64,000 bases of DNA, taken from positions 96,001 through 160,000 of the forward strand of contig CAVQXP010000001.1 in the NCBI GenBank assembly GCA_963717935.1, read 5' to 3'. The notes under the pieces were generated by a model. The model was not told the DNA's origin, did not search any database, and saw nothing but the letters and a program-made list of their open reading frames with translations. Positions 18,016 to 26,750 of this stretch are shown here, one piece after another. A program made the position numbers and the translations under genes. How positions within the stretch are numbered: the first letter of the stretch is position 1; the number at the start of each line of letters is the position of its first letter. This stretch comes from Candidatus Eiseniibacteriota bacterium (GTDB lineage: Bacteria > Eisenbacteria > RBG-16-71-46).

Positions 18016-19869
18016 GTGCCCGCGTTGTACCTCGTCGTCTGCGCCGCGCTCGTGCTGCTCCTCGGCTACCGCTTCTACGGCGCGTTCCTCGCCGCGCGGA
18101 TCGCCACGATCGACGACCTGCGCGCGACCCCCGCCCACACCCAGCGCGACGGACACGACTACGTGCCCATGCATCCGCTGGTGCTGTTCGGCCACCACTT
18201 CGCCGCCATCGCCGGCGCGGGCCCGCTCATCGGGCCGGTGCTCGCCGCGCAGTTCGGCTACCTGCCCGGCTTCCTCTGGCTGCTGCTCGGCTCCGTGCTG
18301 GCCGGCGGCGTGCACGACTTCGTCATCCTGGTCGCCTCGGTGCGCAGCGACGGCCGCTCGCTCGCCAACATCGCGCGCGAGCAGGTCAGCGCGGTCACGG
18401 CCACGGCCACCGCCTGCGCGATCATCTTCGTGATGACCATCGCGCTGGCCGCCATGGCGCTCGTGATCGTCAACTCCCTGAAGGAGAGCGCCTGGGGCGT
18501 GTTCTCGATCGCGTGCACCGTTCCGATCGCCATGGGCATGGGGATCTGGTCGTACAAGGTCCGCCCCGGCTCGATCCGTGGCTCCACCATCGTCGGCATC
18601 CTGCTGCTGCTCGTGGCGCTGGCGGGTGGCGCCTGGGTGCACGGCTCGCCCCTGGCGCGGCTCTTCATCCACGGCGACCGCGCCATCGGCGTGGCGCTCA
18701 TGGTCTACGGCTTCGTCGCGTCGGTGCTGCCCGTGTGGCTGCTGCTCGCCCCGCGCGACTATCTCTCGACCTTCATGAAGATCGGCGCCGTCGCGCTGCT
18801 CGCCGTCGGCGTCATCCTGGTCAACCCGCAACTGCGCATGCCGGCGCTCACCGAGTTCGCGCGCACCGGCGGGCCGGTCTTCCCCGGCCCCCTCTTCCCC
18901 TACGTCTTCATCACCATCGCCTGCGGCGCCATCTCGGGCTTCCACTCGCTCATCTCCTCGGGCACCACGCCGAAGATGATCGATCGCGAGCGCCACATGC
19001 TGCCCATCGGCTACGGCGCCATGCTGGTCGAGGGCTTCGTGGGCGTGATCGCCCTGATCGCGGCCTGCGCGCTCGTGCCCGCCGACTACTTCGCCATCAA
19101 CACGAGGCCCGAGGTGTTCGCGAAGCTCGGCATGGTGGTGCAGAACCTCGCCCAGCTCGAGGCCTCGGTCGGCGAGCACCTGGCCGGCCGGCCCGGCGGC
19201 GCGGTCTCGCTCGCCGTCGGCATGGCGCAGATCTTCTCGACCATCCCGTTCCTGCACGGCCTGATGGCGTTCTGGTACCACTTCGCCATCATGTTCGAGG
19301 CCCTGTTCGTGCTCACCATCATCGACGCCGGCACCCGCGTGATGCGCTACATGCTGCAAGACGTGGGCGGCCTGGTGGCGCCCCGGCTGCGGGGCTGGAA
19401 GGGCACGAGCGCCGCCGTCTTCTTCAGTCTGCTGGCCGTGGCGATGTGGGGCTACTTCGTCTGGACCGGCACGGTGAGCACGATCTGGCCCATGCTCGGG
19501 GTGACGAACCAGGTGCTCGCCGCCTTCGCGCTGGCGATCGGCACGTCGTGGCTCATCAACCGGGGCCGGGCGCGCTACATCTGGGTGACGCTGGTGCCGC
19601 TGGCGTTCATGTGCGTCAACAGCCTGGTGGCCGGCTGGCTCAACATCGGGGTCAACTACCTCCGGCCCCAGTTGCTCGCCGGCGCCCCCGGCTGGGCGGC
19701 CGCCTTCGCCGCCGCCCCGGTCACGGCCCGGGTGCAGTGCATCGTGACGCTGGCCGTCATGGCGCTGCTGGTCGTCGTGCTCGTGGACTCCGCCGTGCGC
19801 TGGACCCGGGCTCTGTCCCGCGGCGAGCGCGTCGACTCGCGCGCGGCCGTGGACCCGGCCGCGCGCTGA
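18016..19869 (+). CDS. cstA: Carbon starvation protein A family transporter
   Basis: 'TPAH...DG.DYVP', 'FGHHFAAIAGAGPLIGP', 'ITIACGAISGFHSL.SSGTTPK'; RBS GGAGG. Confidence 0.96.
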   Translation: MPALYLVVCAALVLLLGYRFYGAFLAARIATIDDLRATPAHTQRDGHDYVPMHPLVLFGHHFAAIAGAGPLIGPVLAAQFGYLPGFLWLLLGSVLAGGVHDFVILVASVRSDGRSLANIAREQVSAVTATATACAIIFVMTIALAAMALVIVNSLKESAWGVFSIACTVPIAMGMGIWSYKVRPGSIRGSTIVGILLLLVALAGGAWVHGSPLARLFIHGDRAIGVALMVYGFVASVLPVWLLLAPRDYLSTFMKIGAVALLAVGVILVNPQLRMPALTEFARTGGPVFPGPLFPYVFITIACGAISGFHSLISSGTTPKMIDRERHMLPIGYGAMLVEGFVGVIALIAACALVPADYFAINTRPEVFAKLGMVVQNLAQLEASVGEHLAGRPGGAVSLAVGMAQIFSTIPFLHGLMAFWYHFAIMFEALFVLTIIDAGTRVMRYMLQDVGGLVAPRLRGWKGTSAAVFFSLLAVAMWGYFVWTGTVSTIWPMLGVTNQVLAAFALAIGTSWLINRGRARYIWVTLVPLAFMCVNSLVAGWLNIGVNYLRPQLLAGAPGWAAAFAAAPVTARVQCIVTLAVMALLVVVLVDSAVRWTRALSRGERVDSRAAVDPAAR

Positions 19870-19915
19870 ACCCCGCGCGATCCTCAGCGGCGTCGAGAGA
19901 GAGCCCCGCCCGCGT

Positions 19916-21847
19916 TCACCTCAGCACCGTCACCCGCGTCACTCGCACGCTGGTGCCCTGCGTCAAGCGCACCAGATAGAGCCCGGGCGCAAGGCGACGG
20001 CCCTCGCCAAGGTCGAGCGAGTGGGGTCCCGCGCCCAAAGAGCCCAGCTCACGTTCTACGACCCGCCGCCCACTCACATCCACCAGTTCGACTCGCGCTG
20101 GCGCTGCGCTCGGCAGCGTGAAGCGCAGCAAGAGAACGCCATCCAAGGATGGGTTCGGCTGCACCCCGCACAGGGCAAGTTCGAGCGTTGGCAGGTCGAC
20201 CCACACCTCGCCGTAGAAGCCCTCGACGCCCGCGTCGACGATCCCGAGCCGGTAACCCACGCGGGTGGCCGTGGCGTCGACGCGGTCCGTGTACCGCAGG
20301 TAGCCCGTGCCATCCACCATGACCGCCCCGATCCGCGTCCACCCTCCACCCACCGAGGACCGATAGACGGTAGCCACGCCGCTCCCACTCCCGCCCGCGA
20401 GCCAGGTGAGCGTGATGAAGTCAGCGCCCACGTCGGCGCTGACCAACGAGAGCAGTACAGGGGTCGTGCCGTCGGCCCAGACCCGCTGCGCGTAGATGTC
20501 CAAGTTGCCGTTGCGGTTGTCGCACCAGGCCACGATGGCCCCGCCTGCGCCGTCCGAGGCGAGGGTGGGGACGTACTGAAGGCCGGTGGCGCTGCAGAGG
20601 GCCACGCCGTCGGCCGTCCACTGGACCACGCCACTGGCCGGGATCCGCTGGGCGTAGATGTCCAGGTCGCCACTGCGCTCGTCGTACCAGGTGACGATGG
20701 CCCCGCCCGCTCCGTCCGAGGTGAGCGTGGGGTACCACTGATCGTCACTGGCGGCGCAGAGGACCACGCCGTCGGCCGTCCACTGGACCGTGCCACTGGC
20801 CGAGATCCGCTGGGCGTAGATGTCCCCGTTGCCGCTGCGGTAGTCCTGCCAGGTGACGATGGCCCCGCCAGAATCGTCCGGGGCGATCGTGGGGTAGTAC
20901 TCGTAGGTGTTGACGGTGCACAGGGCCACGCCGTTGGCCGTCCACTGGGGCGTGCCATCGGCCGAGACCCGCTGGACGTAGATGTCCGCGTTGGTGCCGC
21001 TGCGGTAGTCCTGCCAGGTGACGATGGCCCCGCCGGAATCGTCCGGGGCCATGGTGGGCGAGTACTGCTGACTGCTTTCGGTGCAGAGGGCCACGCCATC
21101 GGCCGTCCACTGGGGCGTGCCATCGGCCAGGATCCGCCGGACGTAGATGTTGTTGTTGCCGGCGCGATCGTCCGTCCAGGTGACGATGGCTCCGCCCGCG
21201 CCGTCCGCGACGATCATGGGAGCTTGCTGATTGCCGGTGGCGGTGCAGAGGGCCACGCCGTCGGCCGTCCAATGGACCGCGCCGGCGGCCGAGATCCGCT
21301 GGACGTAGATGTCGGTGTTGACGTTGCGGTGGTCCCTCCAGGCGACGATGGCCCCGCCGGAATCGTCCGGGGCGATGGTGGCGCCTTGCTGAGTGCTGGG
21401 GTTGGCGCAGACAGCCACGCCGTTGACCGCCCACAGGGGAGTGCCATCGGCCAGGATGTGCTGGGCATAGATGTCGTAGTTGCCGTTGCGCCAGTCGAAC
21501 CACGCGACGATGGCTCCGCCCGCACCATCCGAGGTGATGGTGGGGCCTTGTTGATCGCTGGAGTTGATGCACAGGGGCACGCCGTCATTCGTCCACAGCG
21601 GAGTGCCGTCCGCCGAGATCCGTTGCGCATAGATGTCGGAGTTTCCGTTGCGGCCATCGGGCCAGGTGACGATGGCCCCACCCGCGCCGTCCGAGATGGT
21701 GATGGGGGTTGATTGACTGCCACCGGCAATGCAGAGCGGAACGTTCACGTTGGGATCGTCCGGCCACGCAGCGGCGGGGCACGGCCGCAGGAGGGCGAGC
21801 CCGAGCAACCCCGCGCAGACGAAAGGGAACGCTCTCAGGTCGTGCAT
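19916..21847 (-). CDS. Secreted repeat (probable beta-propeller) protein with T9SS/FlgD-type C-terminal domain
   Basis: Signal peptide; eight repeats of about 54 aa 'DGAGGAIVTW.D.R.G..DIYAQRI.A.G...W..DGV.LC'; C-terminus 'QPNP...DVSGRRV...APGLYLVRL'. Confidence 0.85.
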   Translation of the reverse strand: MHDLRAFPFVCAGLLGLALLRPCPAAAWPDDPNVNVPLCIAGGSQSTPITISDGAGGAIVTWPDGRNGNSDIYAQRISADGTPLWTNDGVPLCINSSDQQGPTITSDGAGGAIVAWFDWRNGNYDIYAQHILADGTPLWAVNGVAVCANPSTQQGATIAPDDSGGAIVAWRDHRNVNTDIYVQRISAAGAVHWTADGVALCTATGNQQAPMIVADGAGGAIVTWTDDRAGNNNIYVRRILADGTPQWTADGVALCTESSQQYSPTMAPDDSGGAIVTWQDYRSGTNADIYVQRVSADGTPQWTANGVALCTVNTYEYYPTIAPDDSGGAIVTWQDYRSGNGDIYAQRISASGTVQWTADGVVLCAASDDQWYPTLTSDGAGGAIVTWYDERSGDLDIYAQRIPASGVVQWTADGVALCSATGLQYVPTLASDGAGGAIVAWCDNRNGNLDIYAQRVWADGTTPVLLSLVSADVGADFITLTWLAGGSGSGVATVYRSSVGGGWTRIGAVMVDGTGYLRYTDRVDATATRVGYRLGIVDAGVEGFYGEVWVDLPTLELALCGVQPNPSLDGVLLLRFTLPSAAPARVELVDVSGRRVVERELGSLGAGPHSLDLGEGRRLAPGLYLVRLTQGTSVRVTRVTVLR

Positions 21848-21970
21848 GGTGGTCTCCGAGGAGGTCATTGGTAGAGCGAAAGCTCACAATAAGGCGCGGG
21901 GCCTAATCCGGGGTCCCAACCGGCACACCGACAGGCACACCGCGCTTCGTTGCGGCGCTTCAGGTAAGGA

Positions 21971-22046
21971 TGGTGGAGCTGAACGGGATCGAACCGTCGA
22001 CCTCTTGACTGCCAGTCAAGCGCTCTCCCAACTGAGCTACAGCCCC
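21971..22046 (-). tRNA. tRNA-Ala (GGC)
   Basis: GGGGCTGTAGCTCAGTTGGGAGAGCG-CTTGA-CT-GGC-AG-TCAAG...GGTTCGATCC...CAGCTCCACCA; 76 nt with G3:U70 pair and encoded CCA. Confidence 0.98.
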
Positions 22047-22196
22047 ACACGGTACGGGCGGAGTGAGTTTCTACCTCAGCCTCACGCCCCCGTCAAACGC
22101 GGTCCGCAAGCGCCCCGGCCCCTCCCGGGGCCCGCGGGCCGCCACGGCGGTCGCCCGCGCCCGGCACGCCACCGCCGGGCATCGCGGCCACCGGAC

Positions 22197-24293
22197 TCAA
22201 CGGGGCGGGCCGACCTCTTCGTGCAGCGCGCGCTGGACCGCCGCCCCTCCCGCACCGCGGGCGCGCAGCCACTCCAGCAGCTTGCGCGCCTGCGCCTGAT
22301 CGTCCGGGTGGCCGCCTCCCAGAGCGAGGAAGCGCTCGAGCGAGCGCCGGGACTCTCCGTAGCGCATGGCCTGCGACTGGACGTAGCCCAGCAGCCACCA
22401 GTGCCGCCCGACCCCGGGCGCGAGCAAGGTCGCGGCGTAGGCCTCGACCGCAGCGTCCGTCTCGAAGCGGGGGTCGTTCACCATCAACCCGCCGAGCACC
22501 GCGTGCGCCTCGGGATCGAGCCCGTGGCGTCGCACGCCCGCTGCCATGAGATTCAGGGCGGCCATCGTGTCGCCGGCCGCCACCAGACGCATCGTCTCTG
22601 CGATCTCGGGCGTGGGTCCCGCGTCGAGGGCCACCCCTGCCGCCCGCAGTTCCTCCCGCGCACCCGCGGTGTCCCCCAGCGCCCAGCGCAACCAGCCACG
22701 GCAGTACGGCGCGAAGAGTTCGGTCGGGGCCACCGTCTCCGGAAGCTCCAGCAGGTCGAGGGCGACACGAGGGCGGCCGGAGACCATCGCCGTCATCGCG
22801 ATCGTGCGCAGCCGCGCCCGGTCGAGCTTCAGCTCGACCAGGCTGTCGCGCTCGACGATGAAGGCGAACGCCGGCCCGCGGCGGTAGCGCTCCCCGCTGA
22901 ACTCCATGAGGAAATAGGAGCGCAGGCTGCTGTCGCGATAGGCCCAGCGCAACAGCGGACCGTCCGCCGCCTGGAAGCTGCAGAATGCCGGCAGCCCGCC
23001 GAAGAACACCGTGCTCCGCGGGGGCAGCGCGGGCCGCGCGGCGCGCAACTGTCCGAGGTAACGCTCGACGAACGAGGTCGCGCGTTCCACGTAGCGGCGG
23101 TTCACGTGGGACTGGGTGGTCCAGGCGCCCGGGGCCGTGATGAACTCGTCGAGCCGCCGTCCGTTCTCCGAGCCCCAGACCAGCAGCGCCAGCACCACGA
23201 GCGTCGTCTCGCGCGAGCGCCCCGCCAGCCACGCGCCCAGCGCGAGCCCGGCGCCGCACAGGGCGAACAGGTAGTAGTAGGCGCTCCAGGCCGGCGCCAC
23301 CGCGGTCACCGGCAGCGCCCCGAGCAGCGCCCAGACCAGACCGAGCAGGACCGGCGGGAACCCCGGCGCGGCGACCGCGCCCGCCGCGCCGCCCCGCCCC
23401 TTCCCCGCGAACGCGACTGCGGCGAGCGCGAGCGCCAGCGGCACGAGCGGCGGCAACAGCGTGAGCAACCGCGACTCGCCCCCGCGCCGCCACTCGAGCC
23501 CGAGGCCCACCTGCAGCAGGTGCGCGAACGCCGCGGCCGCACCCGCCGGACTCCAGGCGACCGCCTCGCGCGCCCCCGCGCTGCGCAGCATGACCACCAC
23601 CCACAGCACCACCCACGCTGCGACCGCGAGCCCGAGCGGCCACGCGCGCACGAGGCTCCGGCGCCACGGCTCGCCCTGGCGCCGCGCCGCCAGCGCCGCG
23701 ACCAGCGGCGTGAACAGCACCGTCTCCTTCGAGAGCAGGCCACCGAGCAGCGCCACTGCGGCGAGCCAGCGCCGGCCGGCGAGGAACAGCGCCAGCGCCC
23801 CGAGCGCGCCGGCCAGCGCCAGCAGGTCCTGGCTCCCCGAGGCCCACAGCAGCGGCACGTCCGCCGCGTAGTGGAGCGCCACGAAGGCGGCCGCCACCGC
23901 CGCCGCCACCGGGCCCGCCAGGCGCCGCGTCACCAGGAACAGCAGCACGACCACCCCGAGGAAGAGCGCGAGGCTCACGGCGTGGAAGACCACCGCCGAC
24001 TCGCCGCCCGCGCGCGCGAGCAGCCAGAAGTAGAGTTGCCGCCCCACCGGCCGGGCGAAGTTGCCGATCGGGTCCGGCCCGCTCAGCGCCGCCCACAGCG
24101 TGCGGTGCCGCACCTGGTCCAGGAAGAGGAAGTCGTCGGCGAAGAACGGCGCGCGCAGCGCCGCGCGCTGCAGCCAGACCGCCGCGAGCAGGACGAGCGC
24201 GAGCACCGCGGGCCCGGGCAGGACCGGCCAGGCGCAGCGCACGGGCGGCGCGGCGGTCACGACACGGACGGTGTCGGGGGATCTGGGCTTCAC
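22197..24293 (-). CDS. Multi-pass membrane protein with C-terminal TPR-like region (GT-C glycosyltransferase-like)
   Basis: First TM followed by 'FFADDF'; many TM segments; 'LLSKET'; TPR-like helices at the C-terminus. Confidence 0.65.
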   Translation of the reverse strand: MKPRSPDTVRVVTAAPPVRCAWPVLPGPAVLALVLLAAVWLQRAALRAPFFADDFLFLDQVRHRTLWAALSGPDPIGNFARPVGRQLYFWLLARAGGESAVVFHAVSLALFLGVVVLLFLVTRRLAGPVAAAVAAAFVALHYAADVPLLWASGSQDLLALAGALGALALFLAGRRWLAAVALLGGLLSKETVLFTPLVAALAARRQGEPWRRSLVRAWPLGLAVAAWVVLWVVVMLRSAGAREAVAWSPAGAAAAFAHLLQVGLGLEWRRGGESRLLTLLPPLVPLALALAAVAFAGKGRGGAAGAVAAPGFPPVLLGLVWALLGALPVTAVAPAWSAYYYLFALCGAGLALGAWLAGRSRETTLVVLALLVWGSENGRRLDEFITAPGAWTTQSHVNRRYVERATSFVERYLGQLRAARPALPPRSTVFFGGLPAFCSFQAADGPLLRWAYRDSSLRSYFLMEFSGERYRRGPAFAFIVERDSLVELKLDRARLRTIAMTAMVSGRPRVALDLLELPETVAPTELFAPYCRGWLRWALGDTAGAREELRAAGVALDAGPTPEIAETMRLVAAGDTMAALNLMAAGVRRHGLDPEAHAVLGGLMVNDPRFETDAAVEAYAATLLAPGVGRHWWLLGYVQSQAMRYGESRRSLERFLALGGGHPDDQAQARKLLEWLRARGAGGAAVQRALHEEVGPPR

Positions 24294-24392
24294 GGGGTTC
24301 CTCCCGGAGGTGCGGCGTGACGGCCCTGCGAGTCGCGGGACTGTAGCGCGGCGGGACGCGTGCCGGGAAGTGCGAAACGGCGGCCGCGTGCC

Positions 24393-25430
24393 TCAGGCCG
24401 CGACTACGACGCGGTTGCGCCCGTCCGCCTTCGCCCGGTAGAGCGCGCGGTCCGCGGCCTCGATGAGCCCCGGCGCGTCGGCGACCGGACCCAGCGCCGT
24501 CGTGGCCACCCCGAGGCTCAACGTCGCGCGCACCACCCCGGACGTGGTCTCGAAGCGCTCCCCCTCGACCTTCCCGCGCATGCGCTCTGCGATGGTCAGC
24601 GCGGCGGTGACGTCACAGCGCGGCAGGACGACCAGGAACTCCTCGCCGCCGAAGCGTCCGACGGCGTCATACGGCCGCACCGCCGCGCGCAGGCTCGCCA
24701 CCACGCCGAGCAGCACGCTGTCGCCGGCCGGGTGGCCGAAGGAGTCGTTCACGCTCTTGAAGTGATCCACGTCCGCCATGATGACCGAGAGCGGCGAGCC
24801 GTCGCGCGTGGACCGCGCCAGCTCGCGCTCCAGCACCTCGAGGATGGCGCCCCGGTTCCACGCGCGCGTGAGCGGGTCCAGCATGGCGCGGCGCCGCAAC
24901 TCGTCGCGCTCCGCGATGAGCGCCGCCTGGCCCTCGCTCAGGGCCTGCATCTCGAGCTCACCCTGCACCCAGCCCGCGAGGAAGCGCAGCGTCTCGAGGT
25001 CGGCCTCGTCGAGCCGCCGCGGGCGCGTGTCCATCACGCACAGCGTGCCCACCTTGCTGCCATCCGTCACCCAGAGCGGGTGCCCCGCGTAGAAGCGGAT
25101 GAACGGCTCTCCGGTCACGAGCGGGCTGTCCCGGAAGCGCTCGTCCTCGAGCGCGTCCGGCACCACGAACGTGTCGTCGCCCAGGATGGCGTAGGCACAG
25201 AACGAGATCGCGCGCGGGGTCTCGGTGGCCCGCACGCCGTGAGCGGCCTTGAACCACTGGATGCGCGAGTCCACCAGCGAAACCAGCGCCATCGGCGTGC
25301 GCAGGACGCGCGCCGCCAGCCGCGTGATGCGCTCGAAGCGCTCCTCGGCCGGCGTGAACAGGAGCCCCAGATCGTGCAGGGCGCGCACGCGCGCGGCCTC
25401 GTCGGGCGGCAGCGGGGCTTCGATCATCAT
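24393..25430 (-). CDS. GAF-GGDEF diguanylate cyclase
   Basis: GAF 'SFCAYAI...IRFYAG.PL'; 'DPLT.AWNR', 'DVDHFKSVND.FGH', I-site RPYD, active site GGEEF; RBS AGGAGG. Confidence 0.95.
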   Translation of the reverse strand: MMIEAPLPPDEAARVRALHDLGLLFTPAEERFERITRLAARVLRTPMALVSLVDSRIQWFKAAHGVRATETPRAISFCAYAILGDDTFVVPDALEDERFRDSPLVTGEPFIRFYAGHPLWVTDGSKVGTLCVMDTRPRRLDEADLETLRFLAGWVQGELEMQALSEGQAALIAERDELRRRAMLDPLTRAWNRGAILEVLERELARSTRDGSPLSVIMADVDHFKSVNDSFGHPAGDSVLLGVVASLRAAVRPYDAVGRFGGEEFLVVLPRCDVTAALTIAERMRGKVEGERFETTSGVVRATLSLGVATTALGPVADAPGLIEAADRALYRAKADGRNRVVVAA

Positions 25431-25700
25431 TCGTCTTTCCTCCTGGCCTCCCTGCCCCGGGAGCACACGAGGTCCCCCGGGAACGGCCGCCCGGCGGCGG
25501 CGCCCGGACCGCCCTTTCGATGCGGGCAGCAGCCCCATGGCACGCCGGTTCACATCCCCGGGACATCGACGTGCGGCACAACGGCCCTGCGAGCCGCGGG
25601 AATGTGGCGCGGCGGAGCGAGTACCGGGAAGCGCGAAGCGGCGGACCGTCGGGCCCGCCGCTCGCGCCGTTCCTGCGGGGCGCCGGCCGGCGCCCCGGAC

Positions 25701-26261
25701 CTACCTCTGCAGCCGCACGACCACGCGCGACTGGGGGCTCTTGGCGCGGGCGAGCAGTCGTACGTAACGCACCGTGCGCCCGTCGCGGAAGTCGAGCAGC
25801 GAGTAGAGGCCCGGCCGGTGCGTGCGCGCGTTGAAGTCCACGACCTGGGCCTGGCCGTTGCCGAAGACCACCTCGGCCCAGTCCAACTGGGTGCGGCCGG
25901 TGAGTTCGAGATAGAGCTTGTCGCCGCGGTCGTTCACGTCCAGCGCGACCTCGGTCCAGCCCTCGTACTTCTGCAGGGTCTCGCCGTCCTCCCACACCAG
26001 CCGCGCGCGCGGCGGCAGGCTGACGAACAGCGGCAGCCAGATGACGGGCCGCACGTAGACCAGGCGCTCGGTCACGACCACCGGCCGCCGCCGCAGAACG
26101 ACCACGGGCAGCGCACGGCGGATCGGGAAGCCCGGGTGCACGACCACCCTCGTGCGCGCGCGACCTTTGCGCTCGGCGACCTTGACACGGGCCATCCCGG
26201 CTTCGGCGGTCAGAAGTACGGCGGACAGCGCGATGATGCTGACGACCAGGAACCGTCTCAT
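25701..26261 (-). CDS. Hypothetical exported protein
   Basis: RBS GAGGAGGA; signal peptide MRRFLVVSIIALSAVLL; basic Val/Arg-rich segment then a beta-rich domain ('EVVFGNG...LLDF..GR.V'). Confidence 0.7.
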   Translation of the reverse strand: MRRFLVVSIIALSAVLLTAEAGMARVKVAERKGRARTRVVVHPGFPIRRALPVVVLRRRPVVVTERLVYVRPVIWLPLFVSLPPRARLVWEDGETLQKYEGWTEVALDVNDRGDKLYLELTGRTQLDWAEVVFGNGQAQVVDFNARTHRPGLYSLLDFRDGRTVRYVRLLARAKSPQSRVVVRLQR

Positions 26262-26308
26262 CTCTTCCTCCTCGTGCGACCAGGGGAGCGCGGTCGAGCA
26301 GGGTGAGC

Positions 26309-26324
26309 AGCAGGGTCCGTGCCA
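26309..26324 (-). promoter_or_regulatory. Candidate sigma54 -24/-12 promoter
   Basis: Minus strand TGGCACG-GACC-CTGCT versus consensus TGGCACG-N4-TTGCW, about 48 nt upstream of ATG 26261. Confidence 0.45.
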
Positions 26325-26490
26325 CACCCTGCGAGGGCCCACTGCAAGGCCCCAGCGTGGCGCCGTGACGCCGCCGTGACAACGGTGAACCTAGCTGGTC
26401 GCACGACTGGATGGAAGATGCCCCTGCCGGTACGGCTGCGGCGCGGTTGGTGGGTCCGTACGGCCATGCTAAATTGCCGTCCCACCCCGT

Positions 26491-26579
26491 GCCGGAGTGG
26501 CGGAACTGGCAGACGCGCGGGACTCAAAATCCCGTGAGGCTCAAACCTCGTGTGGGTTCGACCCCCACCTCCGGCACCA
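26491..26579 (+). tRNA. tRNA-Leu (CAA)
   Basis: GCCGGAG...CGGGA-CT-CAA-AA-TCCCG, long variable arm, GGTTCGACCC, CTCCGGCACCA; extended -10-like TGcTAAATT at 26467-26475. Confidence 0.98.
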
Positions 26580-26750
26580 ACGACCGCAAGGGCTTGCGGG
26601 GTTCCCGCGCGCGAGTCCGATGGCGCGCGGAGCGCGGAATTGTGTCAGTTCTGTGCTCGTGTCACACCACGACCACCACGTCCCCCCTCCACGCGTCGAG
26701 GGCCGCGAGTCGAACGACCCACGGCCCTCGCGGCTGCTTCGAACGGACCG

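Noticed and set aside
19916..21847. Repeats of about 162 bp as a diversity-generating retroelement template/variable pair
   Set aside because: No reverse transcriptase in the window, all copies are coding, and differences are not limited to adenines.
25468..25479. 12-mer CGGGGGACCTCG shared between the GGDEF leader (minus strand) and the 47372 leader
   Set aside because: Similarity does not extend to the flanks, and 12-mer matches are expected by chance at this GC content.
25500..25545. c-di-GMP-I riboswitch upstream of the diguanylate cyclase (CATCGAAAG stem-loop)
   Set aside because: The GGCAAA and GACGCAAA elements and the second stem are absent.
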